This document shows, one piece after another, positions 1-13,744 of a stretch of 64,000 nucleotides of DNA; position 1 is the first letter of the stretch; the number at the start of each line of letters is the position of its first letter. The stretch comes from Octopus vulgaris (Eukaryota). The translations under genes were made by a program, and so were the position numbers. The notes beneath the pieces were generated by a model, which saw nothing but the letters and a program-made list of their open reading frames with translations, made no database searches and was not told where the DNA came from. The stretch lies in assembly GCA_951406725.2 (NCBI GenBank), contig OX597826.1:4712001-4776000 (forward strand), in the 5' to 3' direction.

Positions 1-12
1 ACACACACACAA

Positions 13-130
13 ACACGCACGCATATGTATATATGAGTATATATATATATGCATATGTGTATATATTCGAATTTTCATTTTGATTTTTTACTGTATTTTT
101 TTTTACTTCTAGTGTATATTTAAGTATTAC

Positions 131-196
<66 letters not shown>

Positions 197-321
197 AGCA
201 CGCACGCATATGTATATATGAGTATATATATATATGCATATGTGTATATATTCGAATTTTCATTTTGATTTTTTGCGGTTAGTTTTTTACTTCTAGTGAT
301 TTATATTTCAGTATCACAGTA
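13..321. repeat. Tandem duplication of a ~120-bp unit separated by (CA)n
   Basis: cacgcacgcatatgtatatatgagt...ttcgaattttcattttgattttt...tacttctagtg...acagtac occurs at ~13-133 and ~198-321. Confidence 0.85.
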
Positions 322-333
322 CATACACACACA

Positions 334-400
<67 letters not shown>

Positions 401-477
401 ATTACGCATATACACATATGACTAGCATGTGGTACTATTAAACCGCACCCATAACCCTGAAAAGTGTGGTTTTTCAA

Positions 478-640
478 CAGTGTTAGAAATGCCAGCAAAA
501 ATTCTTCTAAAACCGCTCAAAACCATTGAAGGACATATTGGATAATGTATTATCCTGGTTCCACTATGTCTGGAAAAATAATGGAATTGTCACGGATGGA
601 ATGCCTTTGAACATAAACTCTGCTCTCGCAGGGACGACTC
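478..640 (+). mobile_element. Degenerate dispersed repeat (family E, probable SINE body/tail)
   Basis: ggacatattggataatgtat resembles agacacattcaataatgtag at ~8142; both have a similar upstream ...agaa(a/t)t segment. Confidence 0.4.
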
Positions 641-1022
641 GAGGCCGAAGAAGAAAACAAGATTACAAAGCAATATTTTTATTTAAAACTTCCTCATTTT
701 TTGCATATTTTATAATCGTTCTTAAATTATTGCGGTTTCTTTCACTCTTATCAGTTTAGCTGCTTTCCTTTTCTATACACTGCCATGTGTTCTTTCTTTC
801 TTTCTTTTTCCCATTTCAAAGACTTCTTCTTAAAACTGGGTGGTAGATTTTAAATCTTGGCTCTTTGTAAGGCTTAATCCGTTGCCTTGTTTCGAAGCCG
901 CCATCATCACCATCACCCCCACCACCACCATCACTTCCATCACTGCACCCCACCAGCTGGCCCTTCATTGCCTTTTACTGGTGGGTTCTAAGTTTCTTTG
1001 TTGCAAACCCTTAATCAATGTT

Positions 1023-1620
<598 letters not shown>

Positions 1621-1835
1621 AATCTACGAGGCGTGGCTGAAAGACTCAGTAAATAAAAATGAGTCATGAAAATTATCCTTCAACCTTAGTCTGAGACATG
1701 TACCTTTTAAAAATGGTTTTAATTAAGACAACAACTTTTACTCGATCTAGCTCATTTTTTGTTTTTACTAAGTCGTATATCTTTCCTTTTGTGCTGTTCT
1801 TTATTATACAGTCTTTCAGTGTCATTTCTTTCTCT

Positions 1836-2036
1836 AAGGCGGCTGACAATCGTTAGCACATCAAACAAAACTTATAGCAGTATCTCTTCGGGTTCTGGGC
1901 TCAAATTGCCGTTGTGAGCAACTTAGTCATTCATCCTGACTGGGCTAATAAAATTAAGTACCAGTCAATTACTGGGGTCGATGTAATCGACTTGCCTCTC
2001 TCCGTTAGAATTATTGGTTTCGTGCGAAAATTAGAA
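1836..2036 (+). mobile_element. SINE family A, degenerate copy
   Basis: aaggcgg...aatcgttagcac...aagtaccagt...actggggtcgatgtaatcgact matches better-preserved copies at 15098 and 19079. Confidence 0.75.
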
Positions 2037-3570
2037 TGAATTCTTCTTCATTCCTTTTCTTTCTGTCACCTATTTTCCTTCTTCCAAGATTTTTCTTCTA
2101 TCATTGTTTTATCATTGTTTTACAACATCGTTCTGTCATCGATCGGCCTTGTTTTCTTCGTTTCATCGATACATCTTGTTTTTCTTTTCATTCTTTTTCA
2201 GCTTCCTTTATGTTCATTGTATTTTCATTACCTTCCTCACTTACTCTTCTGCACCATTTTCTCAATCTATTTCTTGCCTTTTTCTTTTTTCATTCCAATT
2301 TATATTATTTTCTTCACTACCTTCCGATCTCAATCACTCCGATTCTCTTCTTCTCTCCTTTCTTTTCAATGCGGTTGTAGTGGATTTCTTAAGGCCTTAA
2401 TCGAACCCAGGTGGGCCTTAATGGGACAAAACTATGGATGAAAATTATTCTCATTTTGACCTACTCATGTTCTTGCAAGGGGAACGAACCCAGTAGCATA
2501 TGTTTCAATGTCCCCATCTTCGCTAAAGATGCAGAATAAATTAAGAAAGAGATTTGCCTGCTAATTATAGCCTGTGAACCGTCCACTCATTGACATGTCG
2601 AGGTTTACTCAGAACCTAGGACACAGGACATTCGCAGGCTTTTCCCACGAATCACGCGAAATCGATGTGGTTTTCAAACTACTTTAAATTTGTCCAAGTT
2701 TAAAATTAGAATGCACAATAATTCTAAGCACATTCCTCAGAGTGGAAAAAATTAACTAGAGAAACGAAGCATTTAATTCCTGTTCAAAGAGAATATTCCG
2801 CAGTAATTCGACTACAGATAACTAATAAACAACGTAACACGTGTTCTTCATATCATCTTAATATATTTTTTATTGGCTTGTTTTCACTTTTCATGTTCAT
2901 TTCAACATCCAGTCCAAGGGATTTTCTGTGATGTTGGGCCAGAATTCAATGTGACGATATATTTTTTTTTCATTTAGTTTTTTGTACAGCATGATTTACA
3001 TGGTGACCTCACCTATTCTGTGAATATTCATAATCAATAATTCTATTCGCAATGAACTCGCCCATTCTGAAGCCATTTCTACATTGATTTACATTATAAC
3101 AAAGGTTCATTTATCATTGGCCTGTATTATAATAAATCGTCGACGTCGTCGTTGTCATCATCTTCGTTATCAGAAGCGGCACCATCATCATAAACACTAT
3201 GACAACCACCGCCACCACCATCACCACGTCCACCACCATCACCATCATTATCATCATCCCCAACAACACCAGCACTAACACCGTTAACACTATCACCACT
3301 GCCAAACCGCCATCGCCGCCACCACCAACATCATCACCATCATCATCATAATCATCCTCTTCTTGAAATATATAAAAAAAGTGTTACTTCTGCCTTGGCA
3401 CAAAGTTCTGTGATTTGTTAGACAAAGAGAAATCTAGTGGAAAAATATAAATAATTCAATAGATATATATAATATATTCACTGAATAACCCAAACTCCTG
3501 GCATTAAAATGTATTTATATATTGATAACGAAGTGTAACATTCATGCCGTTCCCATAGAAATTAATACAG

Positions 3571-3749
3571 ATTTCAAATTTTGGCACAGGGCCGTCTATT
3601 TTGCGGAAAGGTGCAAGTCGAAAATATTGACCCCAGTGTTTCACTGGTACTTATTTTTCGACCCCGAAAGGATGAAAAGCAAAGTGGACCTCAGCGGAAT
3701 TTGAACTTAGAGCATAAAGATGGACGAAATGCCACAATGCATTTCGCCC
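3571..3749 (-). mobile_element. SINE family A
   Basis: ctggtacttatttttcgaccccgaaaggatgaaaagcaaagtggacctcagcggaatttgaactt is the reverse complement of the family A core. Confidence 0.85.
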
Positions 3750-3756
3750 CTCTTAT

Positions 3757-3970
3757 TCTTTTACTCTTTTAATCTTTTACATGTTTCAGTCATTTGACTG
3801 CGGCCATGCTGGAGTACCCCCTTTAGTCGAGGAAATCGAACCCAGGACTAATTCTTTGTAAGCCTACTACTAATTCTATCGGTTTCTTTTCCCGAACCGC
3901 TAAGTTACGGGGACGTAAACACACCAACATCATTTTTCAAGTGATTTGGGCGGGAAAAAACACAGGCACA

Positions 3971-3975
<5 letters not shown>
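3757..3975 (-). mobile_element. SINE family B, 3' half
   Basis: tttcagtcatttgactgcggccatgctggag...ccgaaccgctaagttacggggacgtaaacacacc is shared with copies at 26588, 28147 and 58372. Confidence 0.88.
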
Positions 3976-4055
<80 letters not shown>

Positions 4056-4221
4056 GTACTGGGAGAATGAGAACGGAACGAAGCAAATGAATCGAATCGA
4101 ATCGACGCGAAGGCGCTGTCAAACAATAGTGTAATAAATAAAATATATGCATACATACAAACATATATGTACGTACCTACATCTACATGTATATATACAT
4201 GCATATATAAATATATATACG

Positions 4222-4471
4222 TGAGTACAGGACACCACAACTAGACGTAGAACTCAACGAGAAACGAAAACGGAAAAAAACATTTTTTTACAACAGAAAA
4301 ACAGAGTACAGGACATCTCGCAGGAAGGATTAGTTTAACGAGTCGTGTTCTGTCTTGCCTTCGAAACGCGCTAGAGTCGAACTAGAGACAGCTGATGAAG
4401 GGGATTTTTCCTTGTGTAGTATGTCCTGTACTCTGTTTTTCTGTTGTAAAAAATGTTTTTTTCCATTTTCG
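4222..4471. mobile_element. Penelope-like/retrozyme-like non-coding fragment with a ~51-bp inverted repeat and hammerhead-like motifs
   Basis: 4266-4316 is a near-perfect reverse complement of 4421-4470. The spacer contains ttcgaaacgcg and ctgatgaagg. Related to 58721-58861. Confidence 0.55.
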
Positions 4472-4647
4472 TCTGCCGCTACTTTCTGAGTTCAAATTCC
4501 ACCGAGGTCGACTTTGCATTTCATCCTTTCGGGATCGATTAAATAAGTACCAGTTACGCACTGGGGTAGATACAATCGACTTAATCTCTTTGTCTGTCCT
4601 TGTTTGTTCACTCTCTATTTAGCCCCTTGTGGGTAGTAAAGAAATAG
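4467..4647 (+). mobile_element. SINE family A, 5'-truncated, tail type 1
   Basis: ttctgagttcaaattccaccgaggtcgactttgc...agccccttgtgggtagtaaagaaata. Confidence 0.9.
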
Positions 4648-4762
4648 GTTTCTATCATATCATTGAGTTGGCCGAGAGCCTGCGAGAGCAACTGCGTGGC
4701 GGAACGTCGCAAATGTGTATACGGAATTTTAAAATAAGCAAAAACAGTTTTGAAAAACAAAT

Positions 4763-4801
<39 letters not shown>

Positions 4802-5184
4802 AGCAAGGGTAAGAGAGTGGCAGGGATGTGACGTTTCCAAAGAGAAAAATAGAAAACAATATCACCAATATCATCGAGTGAAGAAGGGACAAAAATGTGA
4901 GTCAGCATAGGTCTATTGTGAATACGTGCATTAATTAATATTCATTACTTGATTCAGCTTAATAAATTAATGAGTGATTAATATGTGGAGAATGCCCGTA
5001 TGTCAGATTGGCTAAGCAACTACGCTTATCACTGTAGTTCAAATTGGTATGCTTCTTGTTAAGAGGGGGCCCGACCCACCTCCAATGTATATTAAGTCTC
5101 TGTATAAGCGTTCGCTATCACAGGATAATAAGTTCAACCTTATGAATTATTCACACACACACACACACACATATATATTCCATG

Positions 5185-5300
5185 TGCTGGTTTTAGTCAT
5201 TATGGTGCGGTCATACTGGGGCACCACACTTTAAAGCTTGAGGCGATCATATTGATTGTAGCATTTATTTGAACATGGTACTATTTTATCGATCAGTATT
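5185..5300 (-). mobile_element. SINE family B-related 3' fragment, old
   Basis: gttttagtcattatggtgcggtcatactggggcacc resembles tttcagtcatttgactgcggccatgctggagcac. Confidence 0.55.
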
Positions 5301-5323
5301 TACGTGCATCTAAGTTGCAAGAT

Positions 5324-5330
<7 letters not shown>

Positions 5331-5409
<79 letters not shown>

Positions 5410-5412
5410 ATG

Positions 5413-5461
<49 letters not shown>

Positions 5462-5581
5462 ATATATGTGTATGTATATGTATATATATATATATATATT
5501 ATATATATATATATATATTTGTGTGTATATATATATTTATATATATATATTTATATATGTATATATAATGTGTGTGTGTGT
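5331..5581. repeat. Compound (TA)n/(TG)n microsatellite
   Basis: Directly visible. Confidence 0.95.
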
Positions 5582-6075
5582 GGTGATAATCACACGCAAA
5601 TTTATTATTCGTGCGAGTTTCATTGCCGATTAGACATCATTTAACTATATTTCTTGAGAACCATCGTAAAAATAAGTAATTGGATATATAAATAAATATT
5701 ATAATATATTGACTGATTGACCAAAACTCTAGTCATTAAAAAAATATATTTATATCGATATATCATTAATATTTTAGTAGCACTATTATGGAATATGAAG
5801 TTGAATTTTTTTCATTTCTTTTTTTTTTCTTACTGAAATGGAAAATAAACAAATTCACGTAATCATAAAAGAACTTTTATGTTTTTACCAAACGTTTTTG
5901 GCATCCAAAATGTTGGTAATAGAGTAAATATTCGTTCATGTCATTACAAATGAAAATAAAAGTCTTATTTTTACACACGAAATTACAAACTCCACGTTCC
6001 CACATGTACACGCACACACACACGTGTGTGTGTGGGGGTGCATGTGAGATCTTGAATGTGCGTTGCTCTGTGATT

Positions 6076-6170
6076 AAGAATCTGGCCACACAATTATAAT
6101 GCTGTGCGCAGGTTCGATTCCTGTGTCGGACGGTGTGTTGTACTCTTGAACAAAATACATTATTTCCAGT
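6076..6170 (+). mobile_element. Degenerate tRNA-like SINE head (family C-like)
   Basis: B-box ggttcgattcc followed by gtgttgtactcttgaacaaaatacatt, similar to gtgttgtgttcttgagcaaaacactt at 55263. Confidence 0.55.
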
Positions 6171-6275
6171 CTGGGCACGTCTTCCTCTGTATCTTTCCCG
6201 TCTTGGATATTCTGCTGGAGCAAGTGCAGAATCCCCAAGAGAGTGGCTTTGTCTGCTCCCGAATACCTAGGCACC
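6166..6275 (-). mobile_element. Possible 3' end of a restriction-like-endonuclease (R4/Dong-like) non-LTR retrotransposon
   Basis: Minus-strand translation includes KATLLG, resembling the QKAxLLGTxxILR C-terminal motif. Short and frameshifted. Confidence 0.3.
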
Positions 6276-7020
6276 TAAAATAATTATTAAAATCATCATG
6301 AAGTCTATCAAATCACAGTCCCTCTCGGCTGGTGGACTATCCTTTTACACAGTATGTATCCGTTCATACATTCAAATATGCATATATATCTTAAATCAGT
6401 GGCTTTCTGGATGGTCAGCTAATTATAAGACCATCTTTTTGCAACAATTGATGTGAAAGAAGTTAAAATAGCGAATTCACACAAGGAAGATAAACCACCG
6501 CAAAGAAACGAAAGCCAGTTCATACCAGATTTTATCCACAAAATACTATCTGCCATTTAAAGACCTCACATTGTACGCTAAAAACAAGACTTGCGGTCTG
6601 AAAAATATCTTCTTATGAATAAATACATTTTACGCAAACCGGAAGTTAAGTTCGGCCATGTTTTAATTTTAGTAGTGCTTGAACAACAAGTTGTTATCCT
6701 AGTTAGTCATTTACCATGAATAACGCAAACATTCACTTACAGATGGCCATACATAAGATCAATTCAAACTTATTCTATTAATAGATTTCTGTTTATCTAT
6801 TTTGTCTTCCTCACTGGCTGTCAGTCTTCGTTTTATTCCCCACCCCCGTTTTGCATACCTTATTTAAGTAAATATTTAGTTGTTTTTTTTTTATGTCTTT
6901 CTTCATGATCTCACATTTAACACTTCGCTATAATACATTAATACAAATGAGCATTAATCATACTCTGACAACGCTTCTTATATATATATATACACACACA
7001 CACACATACACACACACACA

Positions 7021-7105
<85 letters not shown>

Positions 7106-7119
7106 GTATATATATACAT

Positions 7120-7162
<43 letters not shown>

Positions 7163-7309
7163 GAGGCCTTGTGTGTATACATAGGCATGCATGTACATAT
7201 GTATGCGTGTTTATTTTCTGTGTGTGTAGTGTAAATATCTGATTTAAGATCAAAGTCTAAAGCCAAAACTTTATTTCTAAGCGGTGCAACATTGCGCCAG
7301 AAGCTGTAA

Positions 7310-7400
7310 CAACAGCAGTAGCAGAAGCAGCAGCAACAGCAGCAGCAGCAGCAGTATTAGTAGTAGTAGTAGTAGCAGTAGCAGTAGTAGTAGTAGTAGC

Positions 7401-7435
<35 letters not shown>

Positions 7436-7482
7436 CGCGGACGGTGGTGGTGGTGGTGTTGGTGGTGGTTGTGGTGGTGATG
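7310..7482. repeat. Compound trinucleotide (AGC)n/(AGT)n/(GGT)n
   Basis: Directly visible. Confidence 0.95.
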
Positions 7483-8074
7483 GTTAGCAGAAATTACAGT
7501 TGTACTGATCTGGTGGTTTATATTTTCCTTCCTAGAAAGCTGTCCGTAAAAATCTTTGAATTTATATCGCTAATCCTTTACTGGCAGCGATCGCTTCATC
7601 TCATTGCTGATGAACTTACACGTTATTTCAGCTACATGAACACATCGAAGCATAATCTTATTCAAACTTGTACGGAATCGTTATTTTAGAAATGTATCAA
7701 GCATTTCTTAGATATCAAATGATAATGATGATGACGATGATGATGATACATCAAATTAATAATGGGATCGTAGGAGATTTTTACGGTTAGGCCAACCTGC
7801 AAGAAACATAGGGTTAGACGATGAATGCGATGTTTGCATACTATCTCTTGCGTCAGTAGGTATCGCCTGGAATGGGGGAAACAGTGATCCTTTGGAAGGC
7901 TTGTCTGAGGACTCTTCCCTCAGGATCCACACAAGGACAGTGGGTTATGAAGACGGATGGAGAAATAGATAGCAGAGTTAGTGTATGCTTTGTCCCCTCC
8001 ACCGTTATTTCAATCATATTTGAAATCTCTGCATGAAGATATTTCTTTACCTGCCTCTAATATATATATGCTAC

Positions 8075-8282
8075 AGATTGGCTTGCTAGAATTAAACGTC
8101 AAATGCTCTTCAAATCAAACCTTATCGACTTGAGAGCGGGAAGACACATTCAATAATGTAGCCATAGATATATCGTGTGTATGGGGGGTAAAAAAAGTTA
8201 TGATGGAATTATCATCACAGCTTGACAGGTTCTATCATAGATATACTTCATCAAACTGATCTAGGATGAAACAACAACATCA
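8075..8282 (+). mobile_element. Family E degenerate copy ending in (AAC)n
   Basis: Similar to 478-640; ends aaacaacaac. Confidence 0.4.
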
Positions 8283-8937
8283 GCAATAATGAACTGATTC
8301 ATAGAAATACTTGTAAGGCTCCGAAAATTTCCACACGCATATCTAATAATGTGATTTATAAAAATACATCCTTTCATTCCTTAAATATATGTTTCAGCTT
8401 TGCTATATTCACGCACAATGCAGAATACAATGGAATTTTTCGATTAGATTGAACGTAATTGTGTAGCGGAGCGATTTGTATTTATTTAAATCAAATACAG
8501 AGCGTAATTGAGAAAAATTACTTCATGCACAAAGCAGGAAATGAATTAGTGCAAACTTATTCTAGAGCAACAATAATTAGAACGTTTTATAACATAGACT
8601 TACAAATATATAATTGGTATTTGAAAGGGTATTAAATAAAAATAAAACAAAACTATTTCCAAAAATTTCATTATATATATATATATATATTTCTTTCTTT
8701 TCTTTATTTTAAAAAGCGCTAAATATATACACTGCAACTGCCTCAAGTAATGCTCGGTTATTCAAACACTACCCGTCTTATTGGATACCGAGCAAAAAGA
8801 AGCATATGGTTAGACGAAAGGGTAAGGGTAAGTTGGATTAGAAAGCCACATTCTGCATATGAACAGCATAGACTTAGGAGATCTGTAGACACATTTGAGA
8901 TATATATTTAACCTTGCACATTAAAACTCATTCTTTG

Positions 8938-9090
8938 AAACACGTGGATTGTCGGCGATTTTTTTTCTCTGTCACCTGTTTCTGAAGAAGAGTTTTTTGC
9001 TCGAAACTTAAAACACCCTTTCTTTAATTCCCTGAACGTCTTATTAATACCTTGCATGTACCATGTCCTCGCGCTGTTGTTTTTCTCCGT
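8938..9090 (+). mobile_element. Penelope-like terminal fragment with a minimal type I hammerhead-like motif (8977-9015)
   Basis: tgttt CTGAAGA a gag ttttttg ctc GAAAC tta aaaca gives stem I tgttt/aaaca and stem II gag/ctc. Confidence 0.55.
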
Positions 9091-10399
9091 TTATATATAT
9101 ATATGTGTGTGTGTGTGTGTCTGTCTGTCTGTGTGTGTGTGTGTGTGTGTGTGAGTGAGAGAGAGAGAGAACGAGAGAGACCCTTTGCTATGCTATTTTT
9201 AAAACCTGTTCCTCACGCGATATACCATCTTCACGCGACATACTATTTAGTATGTAGAAAGTAAAATGTTACATTTTGTACTTAAACAATTACTGTTGCT
9301 TCCTCTCACCCCAGACTTTTTGCTTAAATCTTAGTGTATAGCACCAAATAGAGAACACGCATTACCTGTTCCCTCGTTATCAATAAAGATAATCACTATT
9401 TCATGTAATATATTTGTGTTGCTAGATTTGAATGAAGGGGCAGTGCTTGTGGCTTTCATACGTAGACGAATTTAACATCTTGAATGTTTCTCTTCGACAT
9501 TTGAAAGTGAACACCAATAGGAAAGTTATGAACGGTGGAGTATTTAATTTGGACAGCCTCGAGGGTTTGCACGCAACAACGGTGATGACAATAAACTATC
9601 GATTAAATATAATCCGGTTTTCAATAAGTATTTAAGTTATTGATCGTGACACGATGAAAATTGAAGTTCAGCTGGGCAGTATTGAAACCCTTTAGGTAAA
9701 GTGGCATAATAATACAAAATACCTTAATAACATAGTCACATTTTAACATGGAGTGTCTAAGAGAAAATAAAATCGCAGCAACCGGATTGAAAAATTCTTT
9801 CATATAAAGAAAGCTAGGAAAGTTAAATATTAACGAGGAATACTAGCAGTTCCAATAATTTCCGAAGTTTGGGGTCAATAAAGAATAATCGATGATCAGC
9901 TATAGTATACCGTCCTGTATGCAGAGTAGAGACGATAGGAGTTATATGGAAAATAACAGTCCTTTTACGTTTCAGGAAATATATCATTAATAAAATATAG
10001 AAAGAGATGGGGAAAAGGTTGTAACATGGAAACAGCTTTAACTGAAAGTTACTGAATGTTCTTGCAAGAGGACTTGCTTTCATTAGACCAGTCGAGACAT
10101 TGATAATGATGGCCATATATCATTATCACCACCATCTCTTATCACAGCAGACTCAGATCCACGCCCCCAATAAATTTGTTTCTATTGGTTTGACAATATC
10201 TTGCCGCATTTATCTGTCATTTTTCTTACCTCTATATAAAGAGCTATTCCTTGTTACTAATTTATCTTTGACGCATCCTTGGACGAAACAGGGTTGGACA
10301 TTGCTTTTTAAAAGCCATATTGACACTCAAACCCAGCAAAGGTATGCTCATTATTCTAAGTAGCATGTCCATGTTATGAGAATAAAATACCAGGAGTTA

Positions 10400-11380
10400 C
10401 AAATAAGATCCCATACGTTTGTATATGCGTGTACTTAGGTATGTATGCTTCTTCACTCAAGAATAGTACTTGTCAATATTGATAAGGTTCCTTTCAAACA
10501 CTGGTCAGTAATTTTTAATCTTTTTGCTTCAAGTCATTCTCCACTTCTAGGTTTCCTTATAGCAATTCTCTCCATTTCACATCGAGTATCGATTCTTCTC
10601 GCGATTATCTAAGTCTTCTTTCTGTAGTTCGATCCTGCGAAGTTTCGCCATAATTGAGAATTCCCTTGTCTTCTTGATATGTAAATGACCTTGTTCTATA
10701 TCTGAAATGTTCTTTCTTCATTTTCTTATTTTCTGTTAGTATTCTTTCTGAGTTACTCATACACCATTATTTCACATTTCCTCCTCTCCCTGCCCACCCA
10801 TCTTTCATTTTATCATGTCACCTCTCTAATTACTCCCACTACTGTCGAACTCAGTCATTTTAACTTCCACATTTTTCTCTCTTATTCATGCCAGCACTTT
10901 CGTTCTCCTATTAACTACCATGTTTGCTTGGACTGCTGGCTAATAGTTGGTTATTTTCCTTCCCCAATATTCCAGGTATATACTTACCTATCAAGTCCAA
11001 CCCTCTTTAAAGTACTTAACTTTCTCTTCCACTTCTCAAAACACATATAATTCTTTGCCTCTCCCCATTATTTTTTTATCACATTACCTTTCTAATTCTC
11101 TTTCTGTACTACAGAGTACTGGTCTTTTTCTTTCCACCACTACTTTTTTATTTATTCTATCAGTTACATTTTGGTTCGTACATCCTTGTCAACATCCATT
11201 TTCTGTTTGGTTACCGGGATTTCCTACCTGTCCATCATTCTTGCAGCTCACTATCTGTTACCTCACACTCCTTTCACTCTCCCACCAATCTCTTGATCTA
11301 TCCAACCCATTGCTTTTTACACTTCTTTCTTTTCCATTTATCTCAACACAGCTAGCGCTTTCAAATCCAATATTTCTATA
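10400..11380 (-). mobile_element. Possible heavily decayed Gypsy-like pol remnant
   Basis: Purine-rich minus strand with short fragments KYIPG..KEN (RNase H end-like) and, downstream, KEPYQ (GPY/F-like) in Gypsy order. Many stops and frameshifts. Confidence 0.25.
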
Positions 11381-11484
11381 ATATCGTGACAGAATCGAAC
11401 CAACCAGCGAAACAAGAAACTTCTATTCACTTAATCTTTTTGCGACCTCTCTCTACATATAAACACTTAAATATGCGTATTTCT

Positions 11485-11573
<89 letters not shown>

Positions 11574-12213
11574 CACAACACATATACGTATGCATATATA
11601 TAATATACATGCATATGTGTGTGTTTACGTGTGTACATACATTACAAACATTTTTTTAAATATCTTTTCAAATGTTTAATTTCAATGTTCATATCCTAAA
11701 GGGACTCTATATATATAACAACTAAGACTGCCTAATAAAATGGCTGCGTTTTCTTCCTAGAGGATAATCGAATATTGTTATTTCCTAGGTTTTATATTTG
11801 TTTTCATCGAGTTTCTTTTTAAATTCTTTTTCATCGTCTTTATTTATTTCTGTACTTTTTGTTCCAATTATAATTGCTTGCAACTAATCTACGATCACGT
11901 GGACTAAGAATTAACATAATTAACGCAACCCCACCTTGCTTTATTTATTTCATTTTTTTTGTGTGTGCTATTGTTGTTGTGGTTGAAGTAGTATTGGGAG
12001 GGTTCATTTAACGAAAAAATCCTTATTTGTATTATTTATTTTTTTTTTTTGTTTTTAGTTATCATATCTTATTTATGCATTTTTCTTCAAAATTAAATTT
12101 TTTTAAATATATTTTTTTCATATTTTTAATCTTCCTCATTTCACCAACGTTTCTTATCTTCTAGGAGCAGCACATTATTATTATCGTTGCTGTTCTTGTT
12201 TTCTTTTCTGTAA

Positions 12214-12264
<51 letters not shown>

Positions 12265-12360
12265 GTTATTTGTTTTTTTACGAATATTCTGAATATTGAG
12301 AAATATAATAAAGGGAAAAACGTTAATAATTATAAACTATTATATCCAATATTATTATTA

Positions 12361-12442
<82 letters not shown>

Positions 12443-12464
12443 TATCATCAGCAGCAGCAGCGGC

Positions 12465-12535
<71 letters not shown>
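12214..12535. repeat. Compound (ATT)n/(ATC)n/(AGC)n/(AGT)n microsatellites
   Basis: Directly visible. Confidence 0.95.
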
Positions 12536-13504
12536 AATGCTCTTCATATTATTACTCTTAATATAATTATCAGCAGCAGCCGTAGAGATACTGGCAGTAT
12601 TAGTTTTAAGGTTATTAAAATTCGCCTCACGTTCATCATCATCTTCATTATCATCTTCATTATCATCCACCCCATGATCGTTAACATCATAGTCATCACC
12701 GGCTTCATCGTTGTTGATCATATCCTTCTCATCGTCGCCATCTTCTTCATCATTCTCGTCAACTTTCAACAATATCATTTGGATCATCATCACTATCAGT
12801 TACATAACTAAAATTATAACAATAGTCATTATCTTCTACAGCCCCACCCAAAACCTAATCCGTACTCTAAAAATTATGTTGTCTCAATACACATTTTCAA
12901 ATTTTATTCCCTTTTTACTCTTCAAGTCGCCATATTTTTTTGAATCCTCATATTAACTCCTTTTTTTCTTTACCCTTTTTTAAAGATGAACATAAAAAAA
13001 AAATACGAACAACATAACAACACAAAACAAGCAAAAAATAAAGCCTCCTGCTCGTAACATGTGTTTATAATTTTCGTAATATATCTTTTTATTATCATTT
13101 TTTATGTCAGTTTTTATAAATTGTTATTCAAACTCAACATCATTGCGACTTTTTCTACATTGAAGGTGAATTAAAATGACTGAATTTTAATTCGTTTAAA
13201 TATCGTAGTTGTATATTTTTGTCTGTTTTATGCCACTATCGTTTTTGTTTGCTTGTTTGTTTGTATGTTTGTGGTTGAATGTATGGGTGTGGATGTGTTT
13301 GTTTCTTGTTTCCGATTTAGTTTGTTTGTTTTGTTGTTGGTGGGAAAAAAATCCAAATTTTGTTTGTTTTTGCTTTTAAATATATGCTGTCACTGATATC
13401 GATTTAGTTATCATTGTCACAATATGATGATGATGATCATCATCATGATAATGATGATCATCACCATCCTCGTCATCACTTGTTATTGATAATAATGTTG
13501 ATTT

Positions 13505-13534
<30 letters not shown>

Positions 13535-13536
<2 letters not shown>

Positions 13537-13718
13537 TCTTTCTAACATTGACACAAAGCCAGGAATTTTGAAGGAATGGGATTAACCGAGTACATAGATC
13601 CTCATACTTAGATGACAATTCCATATGTTGATCCAGTACCGAAAGAAAGCAAAGTTGACCTCGGCAGGATTTCAAATTAGAACGTAGAGAACCGGACGTA
13701 AAAACACAATGCTAACGA
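13535..13718 (-). mobile_element. SINE family A, degenerate
   Basis: gaaagcaaagttgacctcggcaggatttcaaattagaacgtaga. Confidence 0.65.
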
Positions 13719-13744
13719 ATTTTTTAGGTCTCTGGTTGTTCCTG

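Noticed and set aside
1625-1710. tacgaggcgtggctgaaag resembling a mariner TIR
   Set aside because: No partner TIR or transposase remnant found nearby.
7606-7625. CTGATGA words here and at ~42642
   Set aside because: No stem II or downstream GAAA; chance matches.
8751-8794. Imperfect hairpin tgctcggttattcaa...ttggataccgagca
   Set aside because: Short and isolated; no family or function can be supported.
12323-12793. 156-aa acidic/poly-L/M/I ORF
   Set aside because: Composed of trinucleotide microsatellites.
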